Source: Lama glama
Taxonomy: Eukaryota
DNA: 60,000 nt
NCBI GenBank assembly: GCA_028534125.1
Contig: CM052832.1
Coordinates: 12,774,001-12,834,000 of the forward strand
Direction: 5' to 3'
Both the position numbers and the translations under genes were made by a program. Below the pieces are notes generated by a model that saw only the letters and a list, made by a program, of their open reading frames with translations, had not been told where the DNA came from and ran no database searches. Shown in pieces: positions 11,562 through 24,829 of the stretch (within the stretch, counting starts at the first letter, position 1; every line of letters begins with the position of its first letter).

Positions 11562-13763
11562 CTGCAGAAACACAGCAGATACATACTCAAGGTGAGCTGT
11601 ACTCATCGTTCTTTTCAGCCACACACACACCTGTCCCTCCCTCCATCGGCAGGTTTGGTCCAAGAGCTCAATGGACTGGCAATTTCAAAATAATGCTTTT
11701 TTTCCTTTAGGACATCCCATGTGCATGCAGCTTTTTTTCAGGGACAGGGACAGATAGGGAGGGAGGCCATCAAATCATTAATCCCTCTGGGAATAACTCA
11801 AACTCTGTGGCCATCCAAATCAGCTAAAGAATTTACACTGCCTTCCAGAGAGTTTGATCCTGTAGGTTTGGCTTGGGGCCCAGGGAGGTGCATTTTTTAA
11901 CAAAGCTACCCAAGTGATTCTGGGAACCCGTGCAAAAGAACTGGTGACTCTGAGGCTACCCAGCACTGGGAGCAGCTTTTAAGAAATAATCAGGGAGAAG
12001 TGGGATTCAGGAAAACTAGATAATGATTTTCATTGAAATAAAAAAGACCTTTAACTTATTCATTCTATAAATTACACACTACATGTTCATAAGGCAATGC
12101 TGCCTGGACCGTGCCTGGGTCTTCTGGCACCCAAGAGCTAACAGCTCATTCATTGTGACTAATTGCCTACACCGAATGTCAAGAGGTTCCATTTCAATGA
12201 AACATAATTTCTGAGCTCCCTCATGCTTAAGTATAGCTTATACTTTAAATCTCATTTCAAATCCTTTTTTAAAGAAGGTAGTATTTCTGAAAAGACATTA
12301 CTCAAGAAATAAATTTTAAAATGTGTGGTCTCCTGAAAAAAGCAGTTATGCCAGAAGGCCTGAGAATTCATCCTGACCACTGATTACACGAGTGTGCCTT
12401 AACTTTCTCATCTATAAAATCAGAAAGCAGGTGCCCCTACTACATCAGTGTTATTAAGAAAAAAAGGAAAAAAAAATACGTGAAAGCACTAGAAAAGTTT
12501 TTAAAGCTCCATGCAAATGCAAGTTATAATTATAGGCCTGGTAAACAAAAAAGAACATATTCAGAGGGACCAACAGGGTGGAACAAAAAACCATGTTTCA
12601 TTTGAGCGTGGTACGCCCCCCCAGGCATGCTATTATAGAACCATGACCTAAAAGTATCCCATTTTAGGCTAATGAATGGACATTGGCCAAGTACCTCATG
12701 CTAAAAGACAGTGTGTTTTCCTATCTGCCCCAGGAGAGGGTGAGGAGTTGTGAGTGCATGGAACTCAAGACCCCTCAGGGATTTCCAAGTATAAGAATCT
12801 TACTTTTTTTCAGTTAATTTCAAAACAATGTCTGAATATTAATTTAACAATTCTCTAAATGGAAAACAAACTAGAAAATAAACGAGCTTAGAAAATGAAA
12901 TTTCAAAATGATTAGATTTTCACCTAATTCTTTCCAAGGCTGTTTGTGCAACCCTTAAGGAAATCAAGGCAGGTACCCTCCCAAGCACACAATAATATGA
13001 CTGTTAGCACTGTAAGAATGGTGGGAGGCAGGTATGCAATAAAAGAACCTAAGGATAAATTCTCTTGAACAAATTCTAATGTGATTGCTCACTTTTCTCA
13101 AGGAGATATAAACCATCCCACTAACCTCCTAACTTATAACAAACTACTTGTCATTACACATAAAAGACAGAAGACAAAGCAGGTTTCAAAGATGCAAAAG
13201 AACTTATAAAAATAATCAGAGAGAGGTAGTTAGGTTAAATTAAAATAAATTAGAGGCAATCTTTTTGGAGAATTTTATTCCTGTGAGCCTTGCCCATTCA
13301 GTAAATTGATACATTTTGCTGACTGTTAACTACACATTCTAAACCTAACCTAAAATGCTTAATTGGAACATTCTTGAAGGGTTTTAGGATGGCTTCAGCT
13401 CAGCCATGGTGATGTAGTAGAGGCCCTTGGCCCTGGTGACCAAGTCATAGCTCACAATTCTCCTCTGCTGCCCTCACCTTTTTGGAAGTGCAGCCACTTT
13501 CCCAGAGAGCCTCCTAACTGCTGAAGGCTCCATTCCATCTTTCCTAGAGCAACCTGGCTCAGATGAAGATGTAAGTTTCCATGCTGAGGTCTGGCATGTC
13601 TGTGAAGCTCCAAACCTCTGACCTGATGGTGTGAGCAGCTGCCACCTGCTGTTTACAGACTGGAGATGCCACAGAGGTGTGTGCTAAGCAGCAAAGGCAG
13701 CCAGTGGCCATGCCAAGCTGGCTGCCTCCCCACCTCTAACCTCAGGACAATGGCAAGAAATAC

Positions 13764-13826
13764 CTCCTGCAGAGCCTGGGCCAGCTGTTGCTTCAGGTCC
13801 TCTTCTCCTTGCTCTTTCTCCAAACC
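13764..13826 (-). CDS. RNF8: RNF8 exon 4 (GLEKEQGEEDLKQQLAQALQE)
   Basis: Acceptor ttgcag|GGT and donor GAG|GTATTT; 63 nt, phase 0. Confidence 0.94.
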
Positions 13827-16030
13827 CTGCAAAGCCAAAAACAAAATGGAAGGTTTCCCTGCAGGGAGGGGAAAAAAGGAACAAAATCCAGTAACAAGCA
13901 GAGCGACCAGCTAGCGTGAGCATCTGGAAACAACAGGGAGCAGGGAACAGATGCAAAATCTCTCGTTTTACTTCAAGCTGTTGGCAGTAAAGGATTTAAG
14001 CAGAGTTAACCTGCTCAAATACTGCACACTTCAGGGCTGTCACCTTCAAGTCACCACTCTGCTTGTTCTGGAGAAACTCTGGATTAATACTTCAAGTCTC
14101 CTTCACTGGCTAATGCTGTGACTCCCAAAAGGATGTAAACTGAGAGCTTTTGAGTCATCAACTATCTCACCTGAAATACAATCCCCTAGGCTGGCACTCC
14201 AAGCTCCACTGTGCTTCTTCCATCGATTCTGGCCACTCTGTCTCTCACTCTAAGTCTCTTTACCACTTCTAGCCCCCAAACCGCTCCTCCTCCTGCCTTA
14301 CCTGAGCTTATGCTATATTTCCTGCATCAGCCCCCTTCAATGTGGATGCCTTCCACATCATCATTCTCCTACCCCAGCTCCTTCCACAAGAACCTCTGGG
14401 CCCTTCCCTCTTTAAGAATTACCTACGCATTTAATACGCCAACTGGAAATTGTTCTCTAAATATATTGACTTGAAAGTGTTCTGATTATTTTGTGTGTAT
14501 AATACATCTTGTCTCCTCAACAAGATACATTCCATAATGGCAAAAACCATTAAACATCTTTATAACCAACCAAACCCAAGTATGTGGGTGTTCAAAAAAA
14601 TGTGTGTGAACCAGCAAGGGTTAAATGAACTTCTGAGCAAGCAGGCGGGATAGGATAAACCCCTAGGATTTGGTGGCAAAGGGAAATGCAGCTAATAAAC
14701 AAAGGACTAGATATACTTCGCTATGAGCAATTTATGTATGACCCTTTCATTGGAGAAAGAACCTAAACTAGTCCTTTTTGCCTTTCCTTACCATTTTGGT
14801 ATGGCAAAAGGTTTTACAGCTATATCTTGAAGCATGCCCAGAGCAGCCACAAAAAATAATTAACAGTAACTCTTGTTCCTGAACATATTAGCCTTTAAAG
14901 AAAGTTCTGCTCTGGTCAAAGTGTCATACATTAAACATGTAGAGATAAACCTCCCTCTATTAATTTCAGGAGCTAGTCCTGGCTGGATAGCGCAGCAAAA
15001 TTTTAGGTACACGTAAGCAAGCAGTGTGTACCCTTAAAAAGACCTACTTAATCCATGGCCTTTGCTAAGACTACCAGTTCAAGTGGATAGCAGAGATTAG
15101 AATGAAATCTATAAACTATTCAGAAATAAGCCAACATGACTGGTTGTTTCTTGCCCTGAGCAAAGTAAACAAAAGATAAAAGCTTATTCACTTCAATCCT
15201 GATTGGCCCTTCTTAGTTCTAAGTCAATAATGGGGAATTCTTGACATTCAGTATTACCTGAGCAAGTAGGTGGGAGTAAAACGTGTGGTTCTTGCCAGGT
15301 GAGAACTGATATTTTGAGCAGGGACCAGGATCAGCCCTAGCCTAGAAGCTTTGTGCAAGAGCTTGTCATCTAAGCAAATGAATTGGCGATGTGGACACAT
15401 TTGCTCTCATCTGGACACAGCTATGGCAGTCATTATTTTACCTACTAAAGGCCCTGTGCAAGGTGGCTTACCACTCAACCCAACAATTGAGTCATGGTGT
15501 ACCTGTTCCCTCCCATGCTGGCTTCCCTCCCATGCTGGCTACTCAGGAGAGAAACTAACATTTTCTGCCTTTCTAGCCTCCCACTTCCTCAGTAGCTATA
15601 GAGCTAACAAGTTGCCAGGTAAATCAAGGGCGGAGTAACTAGCTGGTCTGTACCTGCCCTGAGTACAGGGATTTGGCTTTGACTACAGAACAGAGAAAGC
15701 CAACTACTTGTTTAACTGGGGTGTACTATGGGCATCTTGGCCTCCATCCAACCTCTCTCTCAATTCACCTCAGTTCTGAGGATCCTCAGCTTTATATCCT
15801 TTTACATCCTAGCTGGCTCTGCCAATCATCTTTTCCCATCTTGGCATCCCATCGCTGGCTCTTGGTCTGATCACCACGCTGAACCTCAAAGTTTTCTGTT
15901 CCCACTACATCTCCTGTCCCTGGCACTTGGCATTTGGTCCCTGACCCAGAAACAGAGAGATCTGGACAGAAGCTCACAAAGGGCCTGCCCACCCCAAGGG
16001 GCACTCTTGTCATTCCCTCCTGTGTGGTAC

Positions 16031-16771
16031 CTGGAGATGCTGCTGCTCTTCCTGGAAAGTCTTCTCCAGCTGCTCCACTCTGGCCTGCTGTTGGGCCTGC
16101 TCTGCACACAGCTGAGTCTGTAAATCCTGCAGTTCCTGCTCCATTTTCACAATGTTCTTTGAGTTCCCTTTTCGGGTTTGCTTTTTCACATTCAGAACAG
16201 CTACCTGTTTCTCGTGCATCTGTGTTTTCAGCTTTAGAATCCTGGACATGGTTGCCCTAAACAGCTCTAAGCTGCTCTGAGATGCTGAAGGGGTTGAGGC
16301 TTTTTGCTTCTTATGATGAAGCTCTACAACTTTTGTGGGGCCTGAGTAAACACGAGCCCCCATGGTTTTCCCCCTTAGCTCAAGAGGAGTCAACTTAGGA
16401 TCCAAGAATTCAGGAGGCTGACTAACCACTTCACCTTTCCCATGTGACTTTACTGGTTGACCAGGTTCACAAGACACTTTACTCATTTTGGATTTCAAAT
16501 TCGAGGGGCCTTCAGATCCAGAACCCTCTAATTCATCCAAACTAAATTTCCTTTTAGTTCTCAAGCCCTTATTTTTTTCCATCATCTGGTCATTCTTTGG
16601 GGAAAGACAAGGATAAATCCTCTCCCAGTCTTCTTCGGTAACTTCATATTCATACTCTGCATTCTCCTTATTTTCCAGAGGCACCCCAAGCTGGATGTGG
16701 TCTCCTTTACGGATAGAATAGACCTTTAAAGGCTCTAGACGTTCTCTGTTCAGCCAAACACCATTCAGACT
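16031..16771 (-). CDS. RNF8: RNF8 exon 3 (SLNGVWLN...EEQQHLQ): FHA end, linker and start of coiled coil
   Basis: Acceptor ttttcccag|AGT and donor CAG|GTACCA; 741 nt open frame inside ORF 16010..16975; FHA S-x-NG motif. Confidence 0.97.
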
Positions 16772-17344
16772 CTGGGAAAAGGGAAAGAAAGACAAAATAA
16801 ACTTCATGATTTTCTTCCTCTTAATAGAATTTCTCTCCTGCTGCTGCAAAACCTTCTGTCCTTTCAGAAGAAAAACCCTTGAGAACAAATAGGAAAGAAA
16901 GATATATAAACCACTATCCTTAGAAATAGCATTCTTCAAACAGCACTCTGGCTTTTTAACCTGTATTTCGTTCATGCCTCCAGAGAACTGCCTGTATAAC
17001 AGGCAGGAATCACCTTATTCCTGGTGGATGAATTACTCAAATAAATGCAGTAGCATTAAAAGCAGCTGAAATCTGATAGTTCCTATTGACCTAAACTGGG
17101 GGCAATGGCCCAAGACTGGAAAAACTGCGATCAGGGACAGAAGTAGCATCTAACAATGAGGTTCCAAATGCATGCTTGGCCAAGAAAGTCATGCAGGCAC
17201 TGTCTCTGGATGTGGCCCCTGAGCAACTGGTGAATGAGAAAACACATCTCAGTACACATAAACCTAAAATGTATCAATACCTTGTACTGGAGTCAAACTG
17301 CGGGTGGGAACTGATCCAATTAATAGCACCAGAGGTCCACGGGC

Positions 17345-17875
17345 AACAGAGCACAGTGGTTAAGAGCTGGAGCTCTGGACTCAGGCAGACTTGGGTTTAC
17401 AGCCTGAATGCACCATCTTGGGCTTATTAGTTACGTGGCCTTCAGTAATTTTACTTAACCTCCCAGTACCTCAGTTTTGTCTGTAAAATAGGGATAACAC
17501 AGTTCCCACCTCATGCTGCTTCTGTGAGGAATGAATGGGATAATACATGTAAAACACTTAGCACGGTGACTCACATATAGTCAGTGCTCAATATTTACTT
17601 TTGTGGTTTAAATTAAATCACAGTGTGGGGGTTAAGAGCATGAACCCTGGAGTCAGACTGCCTGGGTTTGTAATCTGGCTCCATTACTTAATAGCTGTGT
17701 GATTTAAGCAAGTTTCTTAACCCCTCTATGCCCCAGTTACCACATCTATAAAATGGAGGGTAATAATAGTCTCTCCCTTATGGTGTTTGTGTAGATTTAA
17801 TGAGATAACATATGTAACGTACTTAGAAAAGTACCTGGCACATGGTAAGCATTATGTAAGTGTTCACTACTATTA
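17345..17875 (+). mobile_element. Two tandem MIR SINEs
   Basis: Two copies of GTGGTTAAGAGC...CTGGAGTCAGAC...CTCAGTT...TGTAAAAT(A/G)GGGATAA...CTTAG. Confidence 0.8.
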
Positions 17876-18991
17876 TTATGTTCTGGCTCAACTGATTTAT
17901 CAACAATCACTTCAATTCTGTGCTCAGCATCTTGCAAGATAAATATACGGAGTGCAAAAGCAGAAGATATGAAAACAATTTTTAGCAGCTGACTGTCGAA
18001 AGGAAAACACAAGGGCATATTTAAGCAAATGTGGGATTACATAGCACAGCCTATAAATGCAAAGGGGTATCATGTAGAGCTGGATAAGCTAAGAGATGCT
18101 AAATGGGTTTGACACGTCCTAAAATAGATTTGAAACAAAGGCAGGATTTAAAGTTTGAAGAGACAAGTGGGCACTTTAACCCATATCAAGGACTTAACTT
18201 TGGGGGACAGGCCAGAGATGAAGCTCACATCTGAACTAGAACTAAGGCTGATATTTATGCTGGTAACAACAGCTACCTAGAAAAAATACCTGCTCAACCC
18301 AAATATAAGGGACAGAGTCTTGGCCACAAGGTATAGGAGATGAAGGGCAGTAGAGAATGGATCTTAGCTCTAGTCTGGTGTTAGGCCCTTGTTTCTGGTT
18401 CTATAATATTTGGCTCAAGTGAGGAGAGGCAGAAAAAGACCAGCACAGATACACACAGAAAGACTGTCTTTAATTCACTGCCTTGGGCCTAACTTGGCTT
18501 ATCTATCAACCTTCTGCCAACCCTTCCATTCATGTTCACCCTGAGAAATTACAGGGAGTGATCAGTTCTGCGGACGTCTAAAACAACACGTGGGGAAATA
18601 ACAGATGAGGCGGACAAAGGTCAGAAGAATCTATTTGAGGACAACTTTACAGCAGAATAGTCGATTTTGGATTGTACACAGGAAAAAGGTCTCAGGGAAA
18701 GTAATATGACACAGGAGACCACCTAACGCAAAGGTACAAACATTCAGAAAATCTCAAAGGCAAAGATAAGGTTAAGTAAAGAAAGGTTACAGAAGCAGCC
18801 CAAGACTAGAGAGAACAAGGAATTCCTAAAACCCTGGGACAAATTTTTAAGATACATGGCAGCCCCCCACTAGCCCCGCTTTGTAGTAACCTGCCTCCTT
18901 CAGAGTCCTTAGGTCTGAAAAATAGACTCAGCATTTTCCCAAACACATTTTATCCCTGGGATCCCTTTGTGTTTACCCGTTAATCACTTCT

Positions 18992-19010
18992 TGGTGACAC
19001 CTAGTGGTAA
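18992..19010 (-). promoter_or_regulatory. Candidate CTCF site
   Basis: Minus strand TTACCACTAGGTGTCACCA. Confidence 0.4.
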
Positions 19011-19381
19011 AATGTGGACCACAAGCCTGAGTCGGGTAGAAAAGATGAAAATACCATGACTATATAAGAACAATCAAGTACTGCCCAGGATATGATCTCA
19101 AATACAATGGTCTAAATAAATCAAACTGTTCAGCACTTTCTTGATGCTGGTTTTCATAATCACCAGTTTGAACAATGCTGACAGCAGCAAAGTGATAACC
19201 AAAGAAAAGCCTGTTTGATGTCTCAGTAAAAAGTTGGGATAACTCACACCCCCTTAAACACTAATTACTTCACTTGATGCTCAATCTCGGTCCAGTGTTT
19301 TTAACTGGCTCTTTAGCAGAGTAGAAATGCAAAGCCAAAAGGCAATGTTTTCTTGTAGTTTTCCAGAAGATTTATGTAGCT

Positions 19382-21048
19382 CAGTGGTTCTCAGCCCTAA
19401 CTGTAGAGGGAAGTCATCTGGAAATGTTTAAAAACAAATATTAGTGCCTGAGTCTCACTCTTAGACCAAATTAATTGGTCTGAGATGGGAACTAGGCATC
19501 GGGATTTTTAAAGTCTGGTTTACACACAAACACGTGTGTAACTGTAACAAGACACAGGGCCCCGCTGCACTCAGCCCTTCCCCCATTCCCAGGCAGCTAC
19601 TCATCTGTTCTCGGCCCTGTACAAGTCTGCCTTCTTCAGAACGTTGTATAAATGGAATCGTACACAGTTATGTACCCTTTTGAGTCTGGCTTCTTTCGCT
19701 TAGCATGATGGCTTTGAGATGTGTCCACCTGGTTGCAGTAACAGTAGTTTGGTATTTTTATTGCTGAGTAGTATCCCAAGGTATGATTACTGGCTTCTTT
19801 CTCCGATTCCCTAGTTGTTTGTTCCAGTTTTTGGTGATTGTAAATAAAGCCACTATAAACATTCACGAACAAGCTTCTGTGAGAACATAAATTTCCATTA
19901 ATTTGAGGTAAATACCTAGAAATAGGATCGCTGGGTAAGTGTTATGTTTAACTTTGTAAGGAACTGCCAAACTATTTTTCAAAGTGGCAGAACCATTTTG
20001 CTTTCTCACCTGCAGTGTTTAAGAGTTCCAGGTACTCTGCATGCTCACCAGTACCTGGCAGTGTTTTATTTCAGCAATTCTATTATGTGTATCAGTCAAT
20101 ATTTTAAATTCTTTATTAAAAAATACAAACAAAAAAGTGCACAAATCGTAACTGCACAGTTAGATGAGTATCACAAAGTGAACATTTCAATTTAACTATC
20201 ACAAAGTTAAAAAAAAAAAGACAGGAAAAAAACTCACATTATCAGTATCCCAGAATCCCCGCTGTGCCCCCTTTCCACTAAGCCTTCCCCCACCAGAAGG
20301 GGACAACTAGCCTGGCTCAACATCACACATTAGTTTTGTCTGGTTTTCAACATTATGTAAATGACATCATATAATATGTATTCTTTTGTACTGTCTTCTG
20401 TCACCCAATATTATGTTTGTGATATTTATCCATGGTGCATACAGTAGTTCATTCATATTCATTACAGTATACAGTATAGTGTTTCATTGTAAGACTATTC
20501 CACAGTTTATTTATCCATTCTACTGCTGACAGCTGTTTAGGAGTGAAAATATTATCATGATAAACATACACTTTAATGATGCCAAATTTTCCAAAACAAT
20601 TGTACCAATTTACACATCAACCAAAAGACTGCTTGCTCCATATCCTTGCTGATACTTGGCATCATTAGTATTTAATTTTAGTCACTCTGTGACCACAGGT
20701 GTGTAGGGGTATTCTATCATGCTTTCAATTTGCATTTCCTGGATCATTAATGAAGCTGCACAACATTTCGTGGATATTGAACATTTGGAAAGAATCTTTT
20801 GTGAAGTGCTTGGCTCTTGCCCATTTTTAAAACTGGGTTATCTTTTTTTTCTTATTAATCTAGAGTTCTATATACAGCTGAGTTTAAGCTCTTCACTGAT
20901 TATTTCCAGCAAATATCTTCCACTCTGAGCTTGTCTTTCACTCTCTTAGTGATGTCTTTTGATGAATGGACATTCTTAATTTTAATGTGGTAGCTTTTAA
21001 AAGTACCCCAGGTATGGGCAAAAGTGGAAACAGGGCTGAGAACCACTG
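19382..21048. mobile_element. MER5-type hAT element split by old minus-strand L1 fragments (about 19570-20990)
   Basis: Perfect 17-bp inverted termini CAGTGGTTCTCAGCCCT / AGGGCTGAGAACCACTG; 8-bp flanks ATGTAGCT / CTCTAGCT. Confidence 0.75.
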
Positions 21049-21671
21049 CTCTAGCTGCTGGATGGCCAGCTGAACTGTCCCAGGCAGCAAGATTTGTTCG
21101 CATAGGGTGTAACTCACCAGAGACTTCAAATTTCAGAGTGTATAGCAGGATGAAGGAAGGAATCACTAGCTAGCAGGTGAATAGCAATATGATAGAAGGC
21201 GGGGGGGATGCGAAAGGCTCAAATGATATACCTGAGCCTCTAGGATGTAGAAGAGCAAATGCACTATGCCATTTCAGACTGTGCCTTTGGAACAAGTGAT
21301 TTTCTGAACAAGCTGGGTATCAATACATAGGATGAACCATCTGAAGAGCTTCTCAATTAACTGAAATCTATACAATAACAATCATCTTCATAATCTGTGT
21401 GTCTAAGGTTGGCTTTTCTTTTTAACCCAATTTTAAATCAAAATACAATTTGTTGTAATTTTTGTATCTGTTTAAGCTTTCACTTTCTGGCTGTTCCATC
21501 ATATAAGAGAGATCATTTTATGAAGAGAGAATACAGTCTTGAGTGTTGAATTATTAGAAGTATCTACGTCTTGAAAAGACTTGGCAAATGACCATAACAA
21601 TAATGTCCTGTACCTGAAATTTAAATCCTTCATCAGCAAAAGAGAGCTGTTAAGGCATCATGCCGGAGGCT

Positions 21672-21813
21672 GGGGGCAGGGGGGTACAGCTCAAATGGTA
21701 GAGCGCATAGCTTAGCATGTATGAGGTCCTGGGTTCAATCCTCAGTACCTCCTCTAAGAATAAGTAAATAAATAAACCTACTTACCTCCCCCCCCTAAAA
21801 TTAAAAAAAAAAA
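21672..21813 (+). mobile_element. tRNA-derived SINE (vic-1-like)
   Basis: A and B boxes, poly-A tail, degenerate TSD AAGGCATCAYGCCRG. Confidence 0.85.
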
Positions 21814-22814
21814 AAGGCATCACGCCAGAAGGGAGACAGAAAAAAAAGGAGTATCTGTTAAGAAAAAAAAAGGTGGGGTGGGGAGCGGGGTTCTACCTGT
21901 AAGTACAGTTGCTCCATCAAAACCAGTCGTAGCTTCTCTCAAAAATCAGTTACCTCACACACTGAATCAAAGCTAAGAAGCTTAAACCAATTACACAGAA
22001 AAGACTTGAAAGAATCAGGAACCTACCTTTCCTTTATCTTATCTGAGACCTGTAAAAGGAGTCTCATGGTAACAACAGCCCTAGAAGAAAAGGTACGAAG
22101 CAAACATTGGAGAAGGACCCAGGGGCACAGTCATGACCTGCTGTTGGCACAGGCTGCCTCTGTGCCCGAGGCTGACAGTCAAGGAACACTAAAATCAATC
22201 AGCTTGAGGCTTTCCCAACCTCTCAAAATCTGCTATCCCATAAAGACAGCACATCCATACTGCACATAATCAAGGAAAGAAGCAGCAAAGAACTAATCTC
22301 TGTAATAGTATAACCCCAGCTCTGAAGAAACCATCTTTTCCTAAGGTATTGTGATATAAGCCATTGCAGGAGTTTTAAAGCCTTACAGCCAAATCTTAAA
22401 TATGCTTAATTTTTAAAAAATCATGCAGCCATTGTAGCAAGTTGCTTGTGTCATTTACTGGTATTTGACAAGAGGGCATAGTAGAGAGATTTATTTCAGT
22501 TTGAGCCCTGTACTCACTCAGTTACGTAGAAGGCCTTAGGCAAGTCAGCTTCTCTCTCTAGGACTCGGATTCAGCTGTCCACAGAAGGGGTTAAACTAGA
22601 TCATCTCTGAGGTCCCCTTTTTGGTGTCAACTTCTATTCTGCTCATAATGCCTTGCCAAGAGTGCTGAACCAATTTACTTAGCATTTATGCTCTCTCCTT
22701 CAATACCATGCCAACTCAACTTAATCCTAGTGCAGGAAGGTACTTTCTCCAACAGCTTAAATCTATCAGTTTATGCATGCAAAATGAGGCTGCCAGGCAG
22801 GCCTGCAGGATACC

Positions 22815-23720
22815 TGTGATACTGTGAATTATAATAAGAATATACATATTTGGTATTCATCCCCATTTCTAGCACAGAGCTTCTAAAACTCTTGAAATTT
22901 CCTAAGTGGTGAGAGAGCTATAAGGTATCTTTTGTTATGTTAATGAGGTGACTTTTGGAATGCCCCTGGGTCATCTATGGGGGCTGGATGCCAGAGGAAC
23001 CAACCCTGTGACTGGAGGGTTGGAACTTTCAGTCCCACCCCTCAACTTCCTGGGAGGGGAGAAGAGCTGTAGGTTGAATTGATCACCAACGGCTAGTGAT
23101 TCAATCAATCATGCGAATATAACAAAGCCTCTATAAACACCCAAAAGGGTGGGTTTCAGAGAGCTTCCTGGTTGATGAACCCTTGCAGGAGCTGGAAGAG
23201 TGGGACACCCAGCCAGCACATGGAAACCCCATGCCCCTTCCCACACATTTTGTTCTATGCATCTCTTCCATCTGGACGTTCACTTACCATATCCTTTTAT
23301 AATAAAATAGTAAATGCATTCCTAAATTGTGAATCACTGTAGCTAATTAACTGAATCCAAAGAGGGAAGCCCTCGTGGGAACCTCTGATTTATAGCCAGT
23401 CAGTCAAAAGCACAAGTAATAACCTGGACTTGTGACTGGCACCTGAAGTTCAAAGAAAAGGTCCTTGGAACCTCCAATCTGTAGCTGGTTGATTAAGAGC
23501 ACAGGTGTTAACACAGGGCTTGTGATTGGCATCTAAAGTGGAGGACAGTCTCATGAGACTGAGCCCTTTATCTGTGGAATCTGATGCCATCTCCGGGTAG
23601 GTAGTGCCAGAACTGAGCTGAATTGTAGGACATCCAGCTGGTGTGTGCCTTGTTTGCAGTGTGTGTGTGAACCCACATCCCACCCCCTACACATTGGAAT
23701 TGGTCTCAGAACCATTTTAA
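22815..23720 (+). mobile_element. Solo LTR, MER21-like (ERVL)
   Basis: Starts TGTGATACTGTGAA...TATATTTGG-like; internal AATAAA; GTGGAATCTGATGCCATCTCCGGGTAGGTAGTG near the 3' end. Confidence 0.75.
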
Positions 23721-24496
23721 TACCCTTCCTTCTAACAGGTATCCTTAAAATCCTTCCAACCAGAGCACTGCAAAATGGCGTCTAAAGACATCTCACTCTT
23801 CCCAATCCTGAACTGTTTACATTAGAATTTCTCTCACCTCATAATCTGCATTTTCACTATAATCCTGAGTGTTTGTATGGCTGCACTTTAGGTACTTCCT
23901 AATTGCTGGGCTTTATATACTATTTCACCTCCTTTACTCTTCGCACTAGATCTGTGGTTTTCAAAGTTGTTCCAAGCAGGAAAACCCTTATACTCAAAGG
24001 AAATCTTCCTTAAAGCACCAATATGTGAAACATGTTAAAAGTGAGGGGAGGGTTTTACTATGATTGAAAGGAGCGGGGAAGGGAAGGAGCTAAGTGCAGT
24101 CAGCTCGATCCTTCCGTCCTCCCTGTGCCCTGAATCACAGGCGTAGTCCAGCACCTTTGTCAAATTCCCAAGGTCTCTGGACCTTTGACTCACAAGAGAC
24201 CAGGTCTCCAAGTAACTTAGTCTAGTTTCTGGGACAGGACCTACTGACCCAATTCAAGTGTTCCCTTCAAAGTAACTAACTTCAATTCAAGTCATTAGAA
24301 CTTACTTTGGCATAATCTAATCACTGGTAGCATAGAGAAGTGGTTGTCTCTGGGGAAGACAATGGGTAGCTAGGAAAAACATACTATTTTTTAATCTTTT
24401 AGTTTTATACCATGTATTTATCTATGCAAAAAAAAAGGAACTTAAAAATAAACAAAAATTCAATAAAAATCATTAGGTTTCTGTGGATCCCTGTAC

Positions 24497-24625
24497 CTTG
24501 TTGTCCATAATCGTCCACTGGCCCTCGGCATTCTGCTTCAAAACACAGTGGTTTCGGGAAATCATCAGAGGGCAGATTTTTGATACCAACTGGTATGTGA
24601 CACCAAATCCTCGCCCTACAGTCAC
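24497..24625 (-). CDS. RNF8: RNF8 exon 2 (VTVGRGFGVTYQLVSKICPLMISRNHCVLKQNAEGQWTIMDNK), FHA core
   Basis: Acceptor cctag|GTG and donor AAG|GTACAG; 129 nt, phase 0; FHA GR and SRNH motifs. Confidence 0.96.
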
Positions 24626-24829
24626 CTAGGAAGACAACAACAATGTAAGAGACACAATCAGCCACTGTACTGAAAAGGGAGGTCCTTTACAATCTTGTCA
24701 ACCAGCAGTGTCCACAAGTCCTGACTTAACGAAACCAGACTCTCATGAAACCCAAACAGATCATCAGCTATCTCTTCCTAGGTAGAAAAAGGCAAAAAGT
24801 TGTGACAAGAAGAGACAGCTGAACAGAGT

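Noticed and set aside
16772..16975. 68-codon in-frame extension upstream of RNF8 exon 3 in the ORF track
   Set aside because: It is intron sequence ending in a polypyrimidine tract and AG at 16773-16772; RNF8 homology starts exactly at SLNG.
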